Part shown: positions 1 to 9,130 of the stretch, piece by piece
Layout: the number at the start of each line of letters is the position of its first letter
How positions within the stretch are numbered: the stretch's first letter is position 1
From: an uncultured Bacteroidales bacterium
Lineage (GTDB): Bacteria; Bacteroidota; Bacteroidia; Bacteroidales; DTU049
NCBI GenBank assembly: GCA_964551645.1
Contig: CAZKDV010000001.1
Coordinates: forward strand, 17,065-81,064
Direction of reading: 5' to 3'
DNA length: 64,000 nucleotides
The notes under the pieces: generated by a model
Database searches by the model: none
Seen by the model: the letters and a program-made list of their open reading frames with translations, nothing else
Told to the model about the DNA's origin: nothing
Made by a program: the position numbers and the translations under genes

Positions 1-2
1 AG

Positions 3-308
3 TTTGCTCAAAACATTATTGGTTATACTTCTGTACAAACAAACACTCAAGATGCTAATTTTAGTTTTGTTTATATTATTGTCAAAGGTATATTATATGC
101 TTTTGTTTTATATTCTGCTTATTTAATGTTTTACAAAAAAGCAAAAGGATTTTTCCTATATATTATCGGACAATTTTTATTAATTGTTATATCGTTTATT
201 TTCTTTCCTTATCCTTTGCTTGAGATTTTATCAATTGTTATTCCCGAAATAATCTTCTCTATTGCTTTTATTCTTCTTTACGCTCTGCACTTCAAAAGCA
301 TGGAATAA
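3..308 (+). CDS. 3-prime end of a membrane protein gene; the 5-prime part lies upstream of the window
   Basis: The frame of the 126..308 ORF stays open back to nt 3 (FAQNIIGYTSVQTNTQ...), so the gene enters from outside the window. The product is strongly hydrophobic. A hairpin follows at 311..338. No family recognised. Confidence 0.45.
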   Translation, partial: FAQNIIGYTSVQTNTQDANFSFVYIIVKGILYAFVLYSAYLMFYKKAKGFFLYIIGQFLLIVISFIFFPYPLLEILSIVIPEIIFSIAFILLYALHFKSME

Positions 309-310
309 AA

Positions 311-338
311 AAAGGACTGCTATTTCTAACAGTCCTTT
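311..338. terminator. Bidirectional hairpin terminator between convergent genes
   Basis: Perfect 9-bp stem aaaggactg (311-319) / cagtccttt (330-338) with a 10-nt loop. An A-run lies upstream and T/A-rich sequence downstream. It sits between the stops at 308 (+) and 363 (-). Confidence 0.6.
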
Positions 339-362
339 GAAAAATCAGTATTCTTTTTAGTT

Positions 363-3300
363 CTACTTGTTAATTACAATTTTCTTGCTAACAATGTATT
401 TATCAAATTTAACTGTAACAAAATAAACTCCATTAAGTTTATTTTCAAGCTGACATGCAATAACATTTTTGCCTTTAGCTAAACTACCGGTTTGCGAATG
501 TACAACTTGACCAATTATATTTGATACTTCAATAGAATAATCTGAACCATAAATGGTGTTAATATCTATATTGAAATTACCATTGTTAGGATTAGGATAA
601 ACTGTAAGTGCTTCTTCATTACTGAATGTTTCAATTGAAACAGAAGATTTCGTTGTAAATGAAGCTTCAGCCCAATCTGATTTATCTCTTGTACTAACGG
701 CTCTAACTCTCCAAAAATACTTAGTTGAAGGGCTTAAAGAGATAGGTATATCATAAGAAATATTATCAGCTTTAGCATGAGGAACGATTGCTGTTGTAGC
801 ATCTGAAAAATCTTGTTCTTTTGCATATTCTACTTCATAAGATATTGAGCCTTCAATCGCAGTCCATTGTAAATTAGGTCTTAATGCAATATCAGTAGCA
901 TTATTTGCCGGTTTTGATATTGTAACCTTAGAAATTGTTTCCAACCAAAACGAATCGCTCCATTTTGAAGTATCTAAATCGGAAATACTTCTTGCTCTCC
1001 AATAAATTTTCTCGCCATAAGGCAATGTATCGGCAGCAATTTTTACTAAGCCAGTTCTTTTTGTTGGATTTGTAGATGGGGCAGTAATTGTAAATGCAGA
1101 ATAAGGTACATTAACTATTGTACCACTTGCAAAAGTTGGGTCTGCTGAATATTCATATTGGAATTTCTTAGAACCAATAATTCCCTGCCATTCAAGCTGT
1201 ACAATTGGCATAACATTCAAATGTAAGTTGCCTGCAGCACTTGGATTTGGTTTTTCAAGTATAGGTTTGTCCATAGTTGAGAAATAATTAACTAATGACC
1301 AATCAGAAGTATCAACTGAATGTGCTGCTTTTGCTCTGAAATAATATTCTTGTCCGTAATAGAACAAATCAATAATAGTTGTATCAACAGCTTGCGTTAT
1401 TTTAGTCTTTTTAAGTTCTGAACTAAAATCGGGAGTAAGATCTACTTCAACAATATAATTTGTACTTCCTGATATTTCTTTCCATTGGAAGTATGGAGAA
1501 ATAGCATGAGTATATTTATCATAATCATTAGCTGCAAAATCCAATGTTACATCTTTGAAAGAAACTTGTAAGCCTGTTGTATAATCAGCTGGCTTGTATG
1601 TATGAGTTTCATCAGGATTTTGTAGCAAAACAGTATTTCCTTTCAGAATTTCAACTCCTGAATTTACAATAAGTGGTTCTCCTGCAATAAATTCTTTAAT
1701 ATTAAAATTAATTGAATTTTGATTCATTGGACTTGGATTTTCGCATACTTCGTCAAATCTATCATAATGCTTTTCTCCATCGCATGTTGAATTGAAACTT
1801 GTACCTATTTCTTCGCCAATATTGTCGCATGAATATATTGTATATACAAACTCATAATTACCTTCAACTTCAAAATTAAAAGTAAAATCAATATTACGGT
1901 TTCTTGAAACACAGTAATTATCAACAACACCAAGCGTTAATGCTTCAATTTCAATGCCATTATACTCTAATTTAACAATGCCTGATCCATTAATAATATC
2001 ACCTACTTGATACTCGTTGCCTTGTTTTCTCAATTTGTAGCTAACAGTTCCATAATCAGCAACATTATCAATCAAAATACCATCTTTATAAATTTCATAG
2101 CCAATGCTACATAATTCGTCCGTTATTCCTACCGAATTTAAACTTGCAGTAATGTGGATATCTTTTTCAGGTAACAAAGTTTCTTTATAGTTGCTAAATA
2201 CAAAATGTGGCAAAGCATCTTCAACTTCTTCACCAACTTGGAAATTTATTTTGCTTTGGTTAAGACTTGTTGGATTTTCACAAATATCGCTAAATCTGTC
2301 AAAGTGTTTTTTTCCATCACATTTTGATGCTTTGAAACTTGTACCAATTTCTTCTCCAATATTATCACAAGTATATATAGTTGCAACTAACTCGTAATTA
2401 CCTTTTTCGTAGAAATTAAATTGAAAATCAATATTACGGTTTCTTGAAACGCAATAATTATCAACAACACCAAGCGTTAATGCTTCTATTTCAATGCCGT
2501 CATACTCTAATTTAATAATGCCTGATCCATTAATAATATCCCCTACTTGATACTCGCTTCCTTGTTTTCTCAATTTGTAGCTAATAGTTCCATAATCAGC
2601 AACATTGTCAATCAAAACACCATCTTTATATATGTCATATCCAATACTGCACAAGTCGTCAATAATGCCCATTGAGTATAAACTTGCAACAACTTGAACA
2701 TCATCATTTGGCATAACAACTTTCTCATAATTACTAAATACAAAATGTGGTAAATAATCTTGTGTGTCTATTTCTACTTTAAATTCAATTGCACTTTGAT
2801 TAACTGCTATCGGATTTTCACATATTTCACTAAATCTATCAAAATGTTTTTGTCCGTCACAATTAATAGCCATAAAACTTGTACCTAATTCTTCGCCTAT
2901 GTTATCACAATTGTAAATTGTTGAATATAAAATGTATTCTCCTTCCTCTGCAAAATTAAAAGTAAATTCAATATTGCGATTTCTTGAAACGCAATGATTA
3001 TCAAGCACTCCTAATGTTAAAGCTGTTAATTCTAAATCTTCAAATTCTATTTTAATTACGCCTGAACCTTCAGTGATTTTGCCTTCATAGTATTCATTTC
3101 CCTGTTTTCTAACTTTATATCCAACTGTTCCATAATCAGCAACATTACTTATTAATTGTCCATCTTTATAGATTTCGTAGCCTACACTACAAAGTTCGTC
3201 AATCATGCCAGCAGAATTTAAACTTGCAGTAACCTGAAATTCATTATTAGGTTCTATAACTTTTTCATATTCGCTAAACACGAAATGTGGTAATCCTTCT

Positions 3301-4364
3301 TCTAATTCGCTCTTATTATTAATTATTGTAGTATTTTGTGTAATAATGCTTGGATTATCACATTTAGCACTTAATTTATCTGCATATTCTAATTCATCGC
3401 AATTTTCAGCAATAAAACTTGTTCCAATAATTTCTCCATCATTTTCACAAGCATACAATGTGCTAATCAATGTATAAGTTTCGTCTTGTTTAAAATCAAC
3501 CACAAATTCAATAACTCTATCTCTATTTACACAGAAATTATCAAAGAAGCCCAATGAAAATGCTTCAACTAATTCGCTATCATTCGGAAATTTTATCATG
3601 CCTTCGCCTGCAATAATTTCTTGCTCATATACATTATATTTATCTAACTTTACACGATAAGATACTTTACCCTCTGTTTTGATGTCTTGGATTAATTTTC
3701 CATTTCTATAAAATTCATATCCTACTGCACACATATCGTCAAGTGTTCCATTTGAATTAATGTGATAAGTAATTTTTTTATTTCCGTCAGTATGATAAGG
3801 TTCTGTATATATTGAAGTTGTTGACTCGGGTAAAATTGTGTAAACTACTGTGGTATTTTCATACTTTACTTCAACTGCAGTATTGTCAGAAGCATTGATT
3901 GAATAAGTTTCATTATCAGGAGTTACATTAATTGTAATATTGTCTGTTTTTAGACCAACTGAAACAAGCTGCTTATTCTCAATAATCTTATCTTGTGGTA
4001 AAATCAACTCAGGAAATAATATAGTTTTAAAAGTCCATACATCTGACCATTCAGAAATATTATTTTGAGTGTCTTTTGCTCTGACACGCCAAAAATATGT
4101 CATTCCATATTCTAAGTCAAAAGTATTTACAGCTGACAATTGTGTTTCGCCATGAATAACCAGATTTGAAAAAGTTTCATCTTTATCAACCATATATTCA
4201 TATTTATATGCTCCTGCAACTGGAGACCAATTAAGAAGAGCATCAACCATGTTTTGTTCTGAGTAATCAGCTGGGGACTTCAATAAAGGTTTGTACACTT
4301 TATTTTGTGCAAACATAGTTAAGCACAATGTAGAAATTAAAACTGTAAATAAAATTTTTCTCAT
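363..4364 (-). CDS. Large secreted repeat protein, T9SS cargo with type A C-terminal sorting domain
   Basis: 1333-aa ORF with signal peptide MRKILFTVLISTLCLTMFAQ. It has one N-terminal and three C-terminal FN3-like modules (W..V.GA..Y ... YFWRVRA ... S.WS). The centre holds four tandem 180-aa Cys-containing modules. The C-terminus VYPNPNNGNFNIDI...GVYFVTV matches the Por secretion tail pattern. Confidence 0.85.
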   Translation of the reverse strand: MRKILFTVLISTLCLTMFAQNKVYKPLLKSPADYSEQNMVDALLNWSPVAGAYKYEYMVDKDETFSNLVIHGETQLSAVNTFDLEYGMTYFWRVRAKDTQNNISEWSDVWTFKTILFPELILPQDKIIENKQLVSVGLKTDNITINVTPDNETYSINASDNTAVEVKYENTTVVYTILPESTTSIYTEPYHTDGNKKITYHINSNGTLDDMCAVGYEFYRNGKLIQDIKTEGKVSYRVKLDKYNVYEQEIIAGEGMIKFPNDSELVEAFSLGFFDNFCVNRDRVIEFVVDFKQDETYTLISTLYACENDGEIIGTSFIAENCDELEYADKLSAKCDNPSIITQNTTIINNKSELEEGLPHFVFSEYEKVIEPNNEFQVTASLNSAGMIDELCSVGYEIYKDGQLISNVADYGTVGYKVRKQGNEYYEGKITEGSGVIKIEFEDLELTALTLGVLDNHCVSRNRNIEFTFNFAEEGEYILYSTIYNCDNIGEELGTSFMAINCDGQKHFDRFSEICENPIAVNQSAIEFKVEIDTQDYLPHFVFSNYEKVVMPNDDVQVVASLYSMGIIDDLCSIGYDIYKDGVLIDNVADYGTISYKLRKQGSEYQVGDIINGSGIIKLEYDGIEIEALTLGVVDNYCVSRNRNIDFQFNFYEKGNYELVATIYTCDNIGEEIGTSFKASKCDGKKHFDRFSDICENPTSLNQSKINFQVGEEVEDALPHFVFSNYKETLLPEKDIHITASLNSVGITDELCSIGYEIYKDGILIDNVADYGTVSYKLRKQGNEYQVGDIINGSGIVKLEYNGIEIEALTLGVVDNYCVSRNRNIDFTFNFEVEGNYEFVYTIYSCDNIGEEIGTSFNSTCDGEKHYDRFDEVCENPSPMNQNSINFNIKEFIAGEPLIVNSGVEILKGNTVLLQNPDETHTYKPADYTTGLQVSFKDVTLDFAANDYDKYTHAISPYFQWKEISGSTNYIVEVDLTPDFSSELKKTKITQAVDTTIIDLFYYGQEYYFRAKAAHSVDTSDWSLVNYFSTMDKPILEKPNPSAAGNLHLNVMPIVQLEWQGIIGSKKFQYEYSADPTFASGTIVNVPYSAFTITAPSTNPTKRTGLVKIAADTLPYGEKIYWRARSISDLDTSKWSDSFWLETISKVTISKPANNATDIALRPNLQWTAIEGSISYEVEYAKEQDFSDATTAIVPHAKADNISYDIPISLSPSTKYFWRVRAVSTRDKSDWAEASFTTKSSVSIETFSNEEALTVYPNPNNGNFNIDINTIYGSDYSIEVSNIIGQVVHSQTGSLAKGKNVIACQLENKLNGVYFVTVKFDKYIVSKKIVINK
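366..608 (-). other. Type A T9SS C-terminal sorting domain (about 81 aa)
   Basis: LTVYPNPNNGNFNIDINTIYGSDYSIEVSNIIGQVV...LNGVYFVTVKFDKYIVSKKIVINK. The hallmarks are vYPNP at the start and G.Yf near the end. Confidence 0.8.
1677..3833 (-). repeat. Four in-frame tandem repeats, period exactly 540 bp (180 aa)
   Basis: The Leu codon of the LPHFVFS landmark recurs at 3293, 2753 and 2213. A degenerate first copy lies at about 3833-3294. Long runs of DNA identity link the copies (for example caatattacggtttcttgaaac and ccaagcgttaatgcttc). Confidence 0.85.
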
Positions 4365-4392
4365 AACTCTATTTTTTTTATTAATTAAAAAA

Positions 4393-4418
4393 AGGGAGTA
4401 CCTTATAAAGCACTCCCT
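4393..4418 (-). terminator. Rho-independent terminator after the BNR-repeat cargo gene
   Basis: Stem agggagt (4393-4399) / actccct (4412-4418). On the minus strand it is followed by tttttttaatt, 13 nt after the stop at 4431. Confidence 0.6.
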
Positions 4419-4430
4419 ATAAAATCACTA

Positions 4431-7250
4431 TTATTGTTTAATAAACTTTCCTGTATAATAAAATTCGACATTTGATACTTGTATAAAGTATAGTCCCTTA
4501 GGTAAATCCGAAATATTTACTGAATTAGTTTTGCTTCCTCCTGCAACAACTTGATTTGCCACCATATTGCCATTAACTCCGAAAATAGAAATTTTAATAT
4601 CAGAGTTAGTTTTAGGAATATCAAAACTTATCATATCGTGTGCAGGGTTAGGATAAACAGATATTATATTATTATCTAAATTAGATGCTGTTTCATTAGC
4701 TTCTGGGATATTAACCAAACTAAATGATTCGAATACTCCTCTCCCGTGTGTGCCTGCATAAACAACTCCGTAATTAGTTACGCCGGGAAACATAAATGTT
4801 TGTTGTTTCAAGTCATAAACTGGAACATTTGGAAATCCACTTTCAGTATCTGTTGACCATTGTGGAGAAGGTACAGTAATATTATCCGTAACAAAAATTC
4901 CGAACTCAGTTCCAGCAATAACTCTATTAGGGTTGCTTAAATCAAAAATTACTGAATATACAGGTATTTTTGGTAAGTTTCCTTGTTTTTGAACAAAAGT
5001 AGGTTCTTCACTTAATGCATTAGCTGAATAATAAACATAGAAATTATTGCTATAGTTGCCTAAAACAATAATAACTTTTTCAGGATTATTTGGGTCAATA
5101 GCAACTTTATTAACGGCTCTATTTCCTATGCCTGCAATATTTAATTTCTTTACTTCAATCACACTATGCGTACTTGCTACACTAGCACTTAAAGAGTCAT
5201 TTGCAAAGTTTAAATTTGAAATTCTATATACATTACCATTGGTAGTGCCAACAAACAAATAATTTCCGCATTGACTAATAGCCATACTTTGCGTAGTGCC
5301 ATCAATATCAGCTATTTGAAACCATTTTGGCTGTCCTGAGAATTTATGGGATTCTCTTGTCATAAATACTTTATTTGTAGCTCCAAGATATAGTTTTGCA
5401 GTAATAATATCTTGTACTCTCAATGTATCATCTTCAATCATATCATTTTCAATAACACATGGAAATGGGTATGAACTATTGCTACTTAAAGCATAAATAG
5501 TAGCTCCTGCCAAAACTTTTTCTCCTGTATGTGTGTATGTAACAGAATCGGGGCTAAAGTAGTCGTCAATTTTTTCATGTAAAACAATTGGAGTAACAAA
5601 TGAAGCAAAACTTGCATTACCTGGAGCAGGACTTAAACCTTGCATATAATCATCATAAAAAGAAGCTAATGTTGTAGCAGTTCTGTTAGGTGTACGGTAC
5701 AAAGAACCGTAGTATGAAGTCATAAACAATAAATCGGAGTTAATATGTGAGATAGCTGAATAACCACCATCATTACTTGATAAATAACTTGCCTTTCCAT
5801 CTATAAGTCCTTTTCTTTCAAGGAACAAAGTTCCATTATCTTGTGTTCCGCCTAAAATTTCACCTGTAGGACCAATTCCTATAGCATAAAATTGTGTTGA
5901 AACAAAGTTTCTATTCACCGTTTCAAAAGACTTTCCACCATCAACACTTTTTGAAATACCGCCACTTGTAGCAAAGTACATAATTTTTGGATTATCGTGA
6001 TTAAATACATAATCATGGTGGTCTGAATGTATGTAAGAAGAGCTAGTTGAACTTAAATATCCAGAAGATGCAACTTCCCAATTTCCATTTTCCTCCCAAA
6101 CCCACATATTAACACCACCAACATATACTTTATTTTCATTTGTTGGATGAATTCTAATAACATTATCGTATCTTCCTTGTGAACCAAGAGGGTTAAAACT
6201 ATCACTTCCACCTGGACCAACAATTTCCCAAGTATCTCCAGCATTTTTTGTTCTATATATGTTATGTAAAGAACCATTAGTTTTAGCTGCACAAGCATAA
6301 ATATAGTTTGGATTGCTTGGGGCAATATCAAGTTCTATTCTTGAAATGCCAGAAGTTGGAAGCATATTTCCACCTGTCGAATTAGTTTTGTAAGTTTGTC
6401 CTCCGTCTTTTGAAATTAAGACTCTATTTCCTACTACTAATGCAATTACTTTTCCGTCTTTATGAATATCTACATCGTTTGCTTCAAGATTTTTATAAGC
6501 ATTTGAGAAATTTTCAATATTAATGTCTGTTAATGGATTAATCCATGTTTTTCCACCATCTGAGCTTTTTCTAAATCCTCTTTGTGTAGCTGCATAAATA
6601 TCTCCATTGGGGTGTGCTGCTATTTTATACACATATTCCCAAGCAATATCAGAAGAAGGAGAAGTATTTGACAAATGCACAAATTCAGTTCCTGTAGCAT
6701 CTGTAGATTTAAATATTCCTTGTCCTACGAATCCTGTTCCGCCTGCATTACTAGCCATAACATTAGCAAAACCTTCGCCAGTGCCGAAATATAGTGTACC
6801 ATCATAAGCTTGCGTAATACAGCTTATGATAAGACTTTCATTATGATCATTTATTTTAAACCATGATTGCGCACCATTAGTAGTTTTCCAAAGACCACCA
6901 GAAACAGCACCTGCATATAAAGTATTAGAATTATTTCTATCAACTATAAGTGCTCTAACTCGACCTGCAATATTTGTTGGACCAACAGATTCCCATACTA
7001 AATTAGTATTTTTTGCAGCTTTTAGCTTTTTTAAATCGCTAATGGAATTATAATAATCTTCATAGTTTACTTCTTTTGTTATTTGATTATTCCGAATTGC
7101 TGCATAATACTCCATCGCATTATGAATACCCAAAATTGGTTCACTTTTTGGGATGTACTTTTCGTTTGAATTTATTTGTGCTGACAATGTAGAAAAACAT
7201 GCAAGTGCAGCAAAAACTAGCGTAAAAATAAAAGTTGTTCTTTTGTTCAT
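4431..7250 (-). CDS. BNR/Asp-box repeat (sortilin/VPS10-like beta-propeller) protein, T9SS cargo with type A CTD
   Basis: Asp-box motifs SSDGGKTW, SKDGGQTY, TKNAGDTW and SVDGGKSF. The signal peptide MNKRTTFIFTLVFAALACFSTLSAQ starts at the ATG at 7250, whereas the track start at 7289 is TTG. The C-terminus is VYPNPAHDMISFDI...GLYFIQV. Confidence 0.8.
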   Translation of the reverse strand: MNKRTTFIFTLVFAALACFSTLSAQINSNEKYIPKSEPILGIHNAMEYYAAIRNNQITKEVNYEDYYNSISDLKKLKAAKNTNLVWESVGPTNIAGRVRALIVDRNNSNTLYAGAVSGGLWKTTNGAQSWFKINDHNESLIISCITQAYDGTLYFGTGEGFANVMASNAGGTGFVGQGIFKSTDATGTEFVHLSNTSPSSDIAWEYVYKIAAHPNGDIYAATQRGFRKSSDGGKTWINPLTDINIENFSNAYKNLEANDVDIHKDGKVIALVVGNRVLISKDGGQTYKTNSTGGNMLPTSGISRIELDIAPSNPNYIYACAAKTNGSLHNIYRTKNAGDTWEIVGPGGSDSFNPLGSQGRYDNVIRIHPTNENKVYVGGVNMWVWEENGNWEVASSGYLSSTSSSYIHSDHHDYVFNHDNPKIMYFATSGGISKSVDGGKSFETVNRNFVSTQFYAIGIGPTGEILGGTQDNGTLFLERKGLIDGKASYLSSNDGGYSAISHINSDLLFMTSYYGSLYRTPNRTATTLASFYDDYMQGLSPAPGNASFASFVTPIVLHEKIDDYFSPDSVTYTHTGEKVLAGATIYALSSNSSYPFPCVIENDMIEDDTLRVQDIITAKLYLGATNKVFMTRESHKFSGQPKWFQIADIDGTTQSMAISQCGNYLFVGTTNGNVYRISNLNFANDSLSASVASTHSVIEVKKLNIAGIGNRAVNKVAIDPNNPEKVIIVLGNYSNNFYVYYSANALSEEPTFVQKQGNLPKIPVYSVIFDLSNPNRVIAGTEFGIFVTDNITVPSPQWSTDTESGFPNVPVYDLKQQTFMFPGVTNYGVVYAGTHGRGVFESFSLVNIPEANETASNLDNNIISVYPNPAHDMISFDIPKTNSDIKISIFGVNGNMVANQVVAGGSKTNSVNISDLPKGLYFIQVSNVEFYYTGKFIKQ
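4434..4667 (-). other. Type A T9SS C-terminal sorting domain (about 78 aa)
   Basis: IISVYPNPAHDMISFDIPKTNSDIKISIFGVNGNMV...LPKGLYFIQVSNVEFYYTGKFIKQ. Confidence 0.8.
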
Positions 7251-7315
7251 AACTAATTGTAATTTATATTTCACTAAATTAAATGGCAAAGGTAATGTAA
7301 TTTTTCAAAACCAGA

Positions 7316-7323
7316 CAAAATTA
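7316..7323 (-). promoter_or_regulatory. -7 promoter box TAATTTTG for the BNR cargo gene
   Basis: The plus-strand caaaatta is the reverse complement of the Bacteroidota TAnnTTTG consensus, 66 nt upstream of the ATG at 7250. Confidence 0.4.
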
Positions 7324-7382
7324 CTTAAAATTATTTATTTGAAATGCTTATAGATATACATTTTGTAAAAGAACTTTAAACA

Positions 7383-8126
7383 CTAAAATCTTTTACCGAA
7401 ATGATATTGTAAATATAAATTAATATATAAAAAGTCATTATGAGCAAAACCCATTATTTCAATAGGTTTTAAAAACACATTTATCATTGCTCCTGCTTCG
7501 AGTGCATTAACGGTTTCATCATTTGACCCATGCTCAACATTTAATCCAATTTTGAAATGAAAACCGGGATGTAGCTTGATTTCATCAATCCCTTTCATAA
7601 ATGGGCCTCTTCCATAAATATTATCATAGAAATGCAATTCAGGATTATATTTTTCAAGTGTTTGACTGATAGAACTTCCCGTAAAATCAAAAATATATAA
7701 ATAAACAGGTTTAGTAATGCCTAATACCGGACCATAAGAATAAAATGAACGCAACTCAATCCCACCCCAATATGGTTTTTCATTTAAAACTTTCTGTTTA
7801 CCAGTGCTTGCTTCTAAGATGAAAAAAAAGTTCTTTTTTCCATATACATAGCTTTTAGCATTCATAAACAATAATGAATTAACCATCTTCACTTCCTTAG
7901 GATGTTTCATAGTAAAAAAACTAAGCTCGTACATCCTTTTTTCCCAAGTAGAAATATTATTTCCGTATCTAAAGCCACCACCCCAACCTAAACCATGAAT
8001 TAATCCGTAAAAGCTTTGTTCGTTGCGAAGTAAAATTTTTCCATCAATATTGCTCGCAGATTGTGCAAATAAGAATTCGCTTACACACATACAAGTAAAC
8101 AAAATAATAATCCTTAATTGCCTCAT
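7383..8126 (-). CDS. Hypothetical secreted protein, possible outer-membrane beta-barrel
   Basis: Signal peptide MRQLRIIILFTCMCVSEFLFAQS from the ATG at 8126. The TTG at 8144 lies inside the -7 box. The sequence has alternating aromatic/Gly-rich segments and a C-terminal ...HFGKRF ending in Phe. No family recognised. Confidence 0.5.
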   Translation of the reverse strand: MRQLRIIILFTCMCVSEFLFAQSASNIDGKILLRNEQSFYGLIHGLGWGGGFRYGNNISTWEKRMYELSFFTMKHPKEVKMVNSLLFMNAKSYVYGKKNFFFILEASTGKQKVLNEKPYWGGIELRSFYSYGPVLGITKPVYLYIFDFTGSSISQTLEKYNPELHFYDNIYGRGPFMKGIDEIKLHPGFHFKIGLNVEHGSNDETVNALEAGAMINVFLKPIEIMGFAHNDFLYINLYLQYHFGKRF

Positions 8127-8141
8127 AACAATCTTTTTTTG

Positions 8142-8149
8142 CAAAAATA
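8142..8149 (-). promoter_or_regulatory. -7 promoter box TATTTTTG for the 7383..8126 gene
   Basis: The plus-strand caaaaata is the reverse complement of TAnnTTTG, 16 nt upstream of the ATG at 8126. Confidence 0.45.
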
Positions 8150-8232
8150 TATAAAGATTAAATTAAATGCAATAATAATATCTCAAACGGCAGACTTGCC
8201 TTTTAATTTTGTTGCAAAGCTAACACATATTT

Positions 8233-8358
8233 TTACTTTAAATGTCCATAAGACTTATAGGCTGGGCATTTTTTTTGAGATTTGCAAGAAGTAGATCCCA
8301 AAACAACAAATACTAATGCCAGAGTTAAAGTGGACAGTATAAGAAATCTTTTCATCAT
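8233..8358 (-). CDS. 41-aa putative small lipoprotein/lipopeptide
   Basis: MMKRFLILSTLTLALVFVVLGSTSCKSQKKCPAYKSYGHLK has an h-region followed by Cys. A TAATTTTG box lies 9 nt upstream of the ATG at 8358. The 64-aa track ORF is an upstream extension. Short length keeps confidence modest. Confidence 0.45.
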   Translation of the reverse strand: MMKRFLILSTLTLALVFVVLGSTSCKSQKKCPAYKSYGHLK

Positions 8359-8366
8359 TTTTTTTG

Positions 8367-8374
8367 CAAAATTA
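8367..8374 (-). promoter_or_regulatory. -7 promoter box TAATTTTG for the small lipoprotein ORF
   Basis: The plus-strand caaaatta is the reverse complement of TAnnTTTG. It lies directly back-to-back with the ung box. Confidence 0.4.
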
Positions 8375-8375
8375 C

Positions 8376-8383
8376 TACTTTTG
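8376..8383 (+). promoter_or_regulatory. -7 promoter box TACTTTTG for ung
   Basis: Matches TAnnTTTG, 44 nt upstream of the ATG at 8427. Confidence 0.4.
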
Positions 8384-8426
8384 TATAATATAATTGAGAT
8401 TTTTTTTATCTTTACAAAAAACACCA

Positions 8427-9119
8427 ATGACTAATAACGCTATAAATCCCAACATACATCAGTCGTGGAAAGAACTATTGTATGATGAGTTTCAACAAGA
8501 ATATTTTCACAACCTAAAAAACTTCTTAGTGTCAGAAAAAAAACGCTATACGGTTTTTCCTCCCGGCAATTTAATATTTAATGCTTTTAATTTAACTCCT
8601 TTTAGTGATGTAAAAGTTGTTATTTTGGGACAAGATCCCTATCACGGCATTGGGCAAGCACACGGTTTATGCTTTTCGGTTCCCGATGGAGTTGCTATTC
8701 CTCCATCTTTACAAAATATTTTTAAAGAAATTTCAAGCGACATCGGCTGTTCAATTCCTAAAAGTGGAAATCTGACAAATTGGGGAAAACAAGGCGTATT
8801 ATTAATAAATGCCACTCTAAGCGTAAGAGCACATTCAGCAGGTTCGCATCAAAAAAAAGGTTGGGAGATTTTTACCGATAAAGTTATACAACTCGTTTCT
8901 AATCACCATAATAATATAGTATTTATATTGTGGGGCAATTATGCCAGAGCCAAAAAAAATGTAATCAATACTGACAAACACCTTGTTCTGGAAGCTGCAC
9001 ATCCCTCACCACTTTCTGCATATAATGGTTTTTTTGGTTGTCGTCATTTTTCTAAATGTAATAACTACCTTGTAGAAAATTCTAAAACAGCTATTGAATG
9101 GTGTTCCGTAAACAAATAA
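8427..9119 (+). CDS. ung: Uracil-DNA glycosylase (family 1)
   Basis: Motifs GQDPYHG and HPSPLSA, with typical length from the ATG at 8427 (MTNNAINPNIHQSWKELL). The track start at 8394 is TTG and overlaps the promoter region. Confidence 0.93.
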   Translation: MTNNAINPNIHQSWKELLYDEFQQEYFHNLKNFLVSEKKRYTVFPPGNLIFNAFNLTPFSDVKVVILGQDPYHGIGQAHGLCFSVPDGVAIPPSLQNIFKEISSDIGCSIPKSGNLTNWGKQGVLLINATLSVRAHSAGSHQKKGWEIFTDKVIQLVSNHHNNIVFILWGNYARAKKNVINTDKHLVLEAAHPSPLSAYNGFFGCRHFSKCNNYLVENSKTAIEWCSVNK

Positions 9120-9130
9120 ACTAATAGCGT

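Noticed and set aside
2191-2397. 68-aa plus-strand ORF inside the repeat region. The same applies to the other short opposite-strand ORFs within the two cargo genes (5056..5262, 6053..6331, 6607..6807, 7153..7353).
   Set aside because: They lie antisense to long, motif-rich coding sequences, have low-complexity products and have no promoter box. These are typical shadow ORFs.
1677-3833. Possibility that the regular 540-bp repeats represent a CRISPR-like or satellite array.
   Set aside because: The repeats are in frame within one uninterrupted 1333-codon ORF, have no unique spacers, and are conserved at the protein level.
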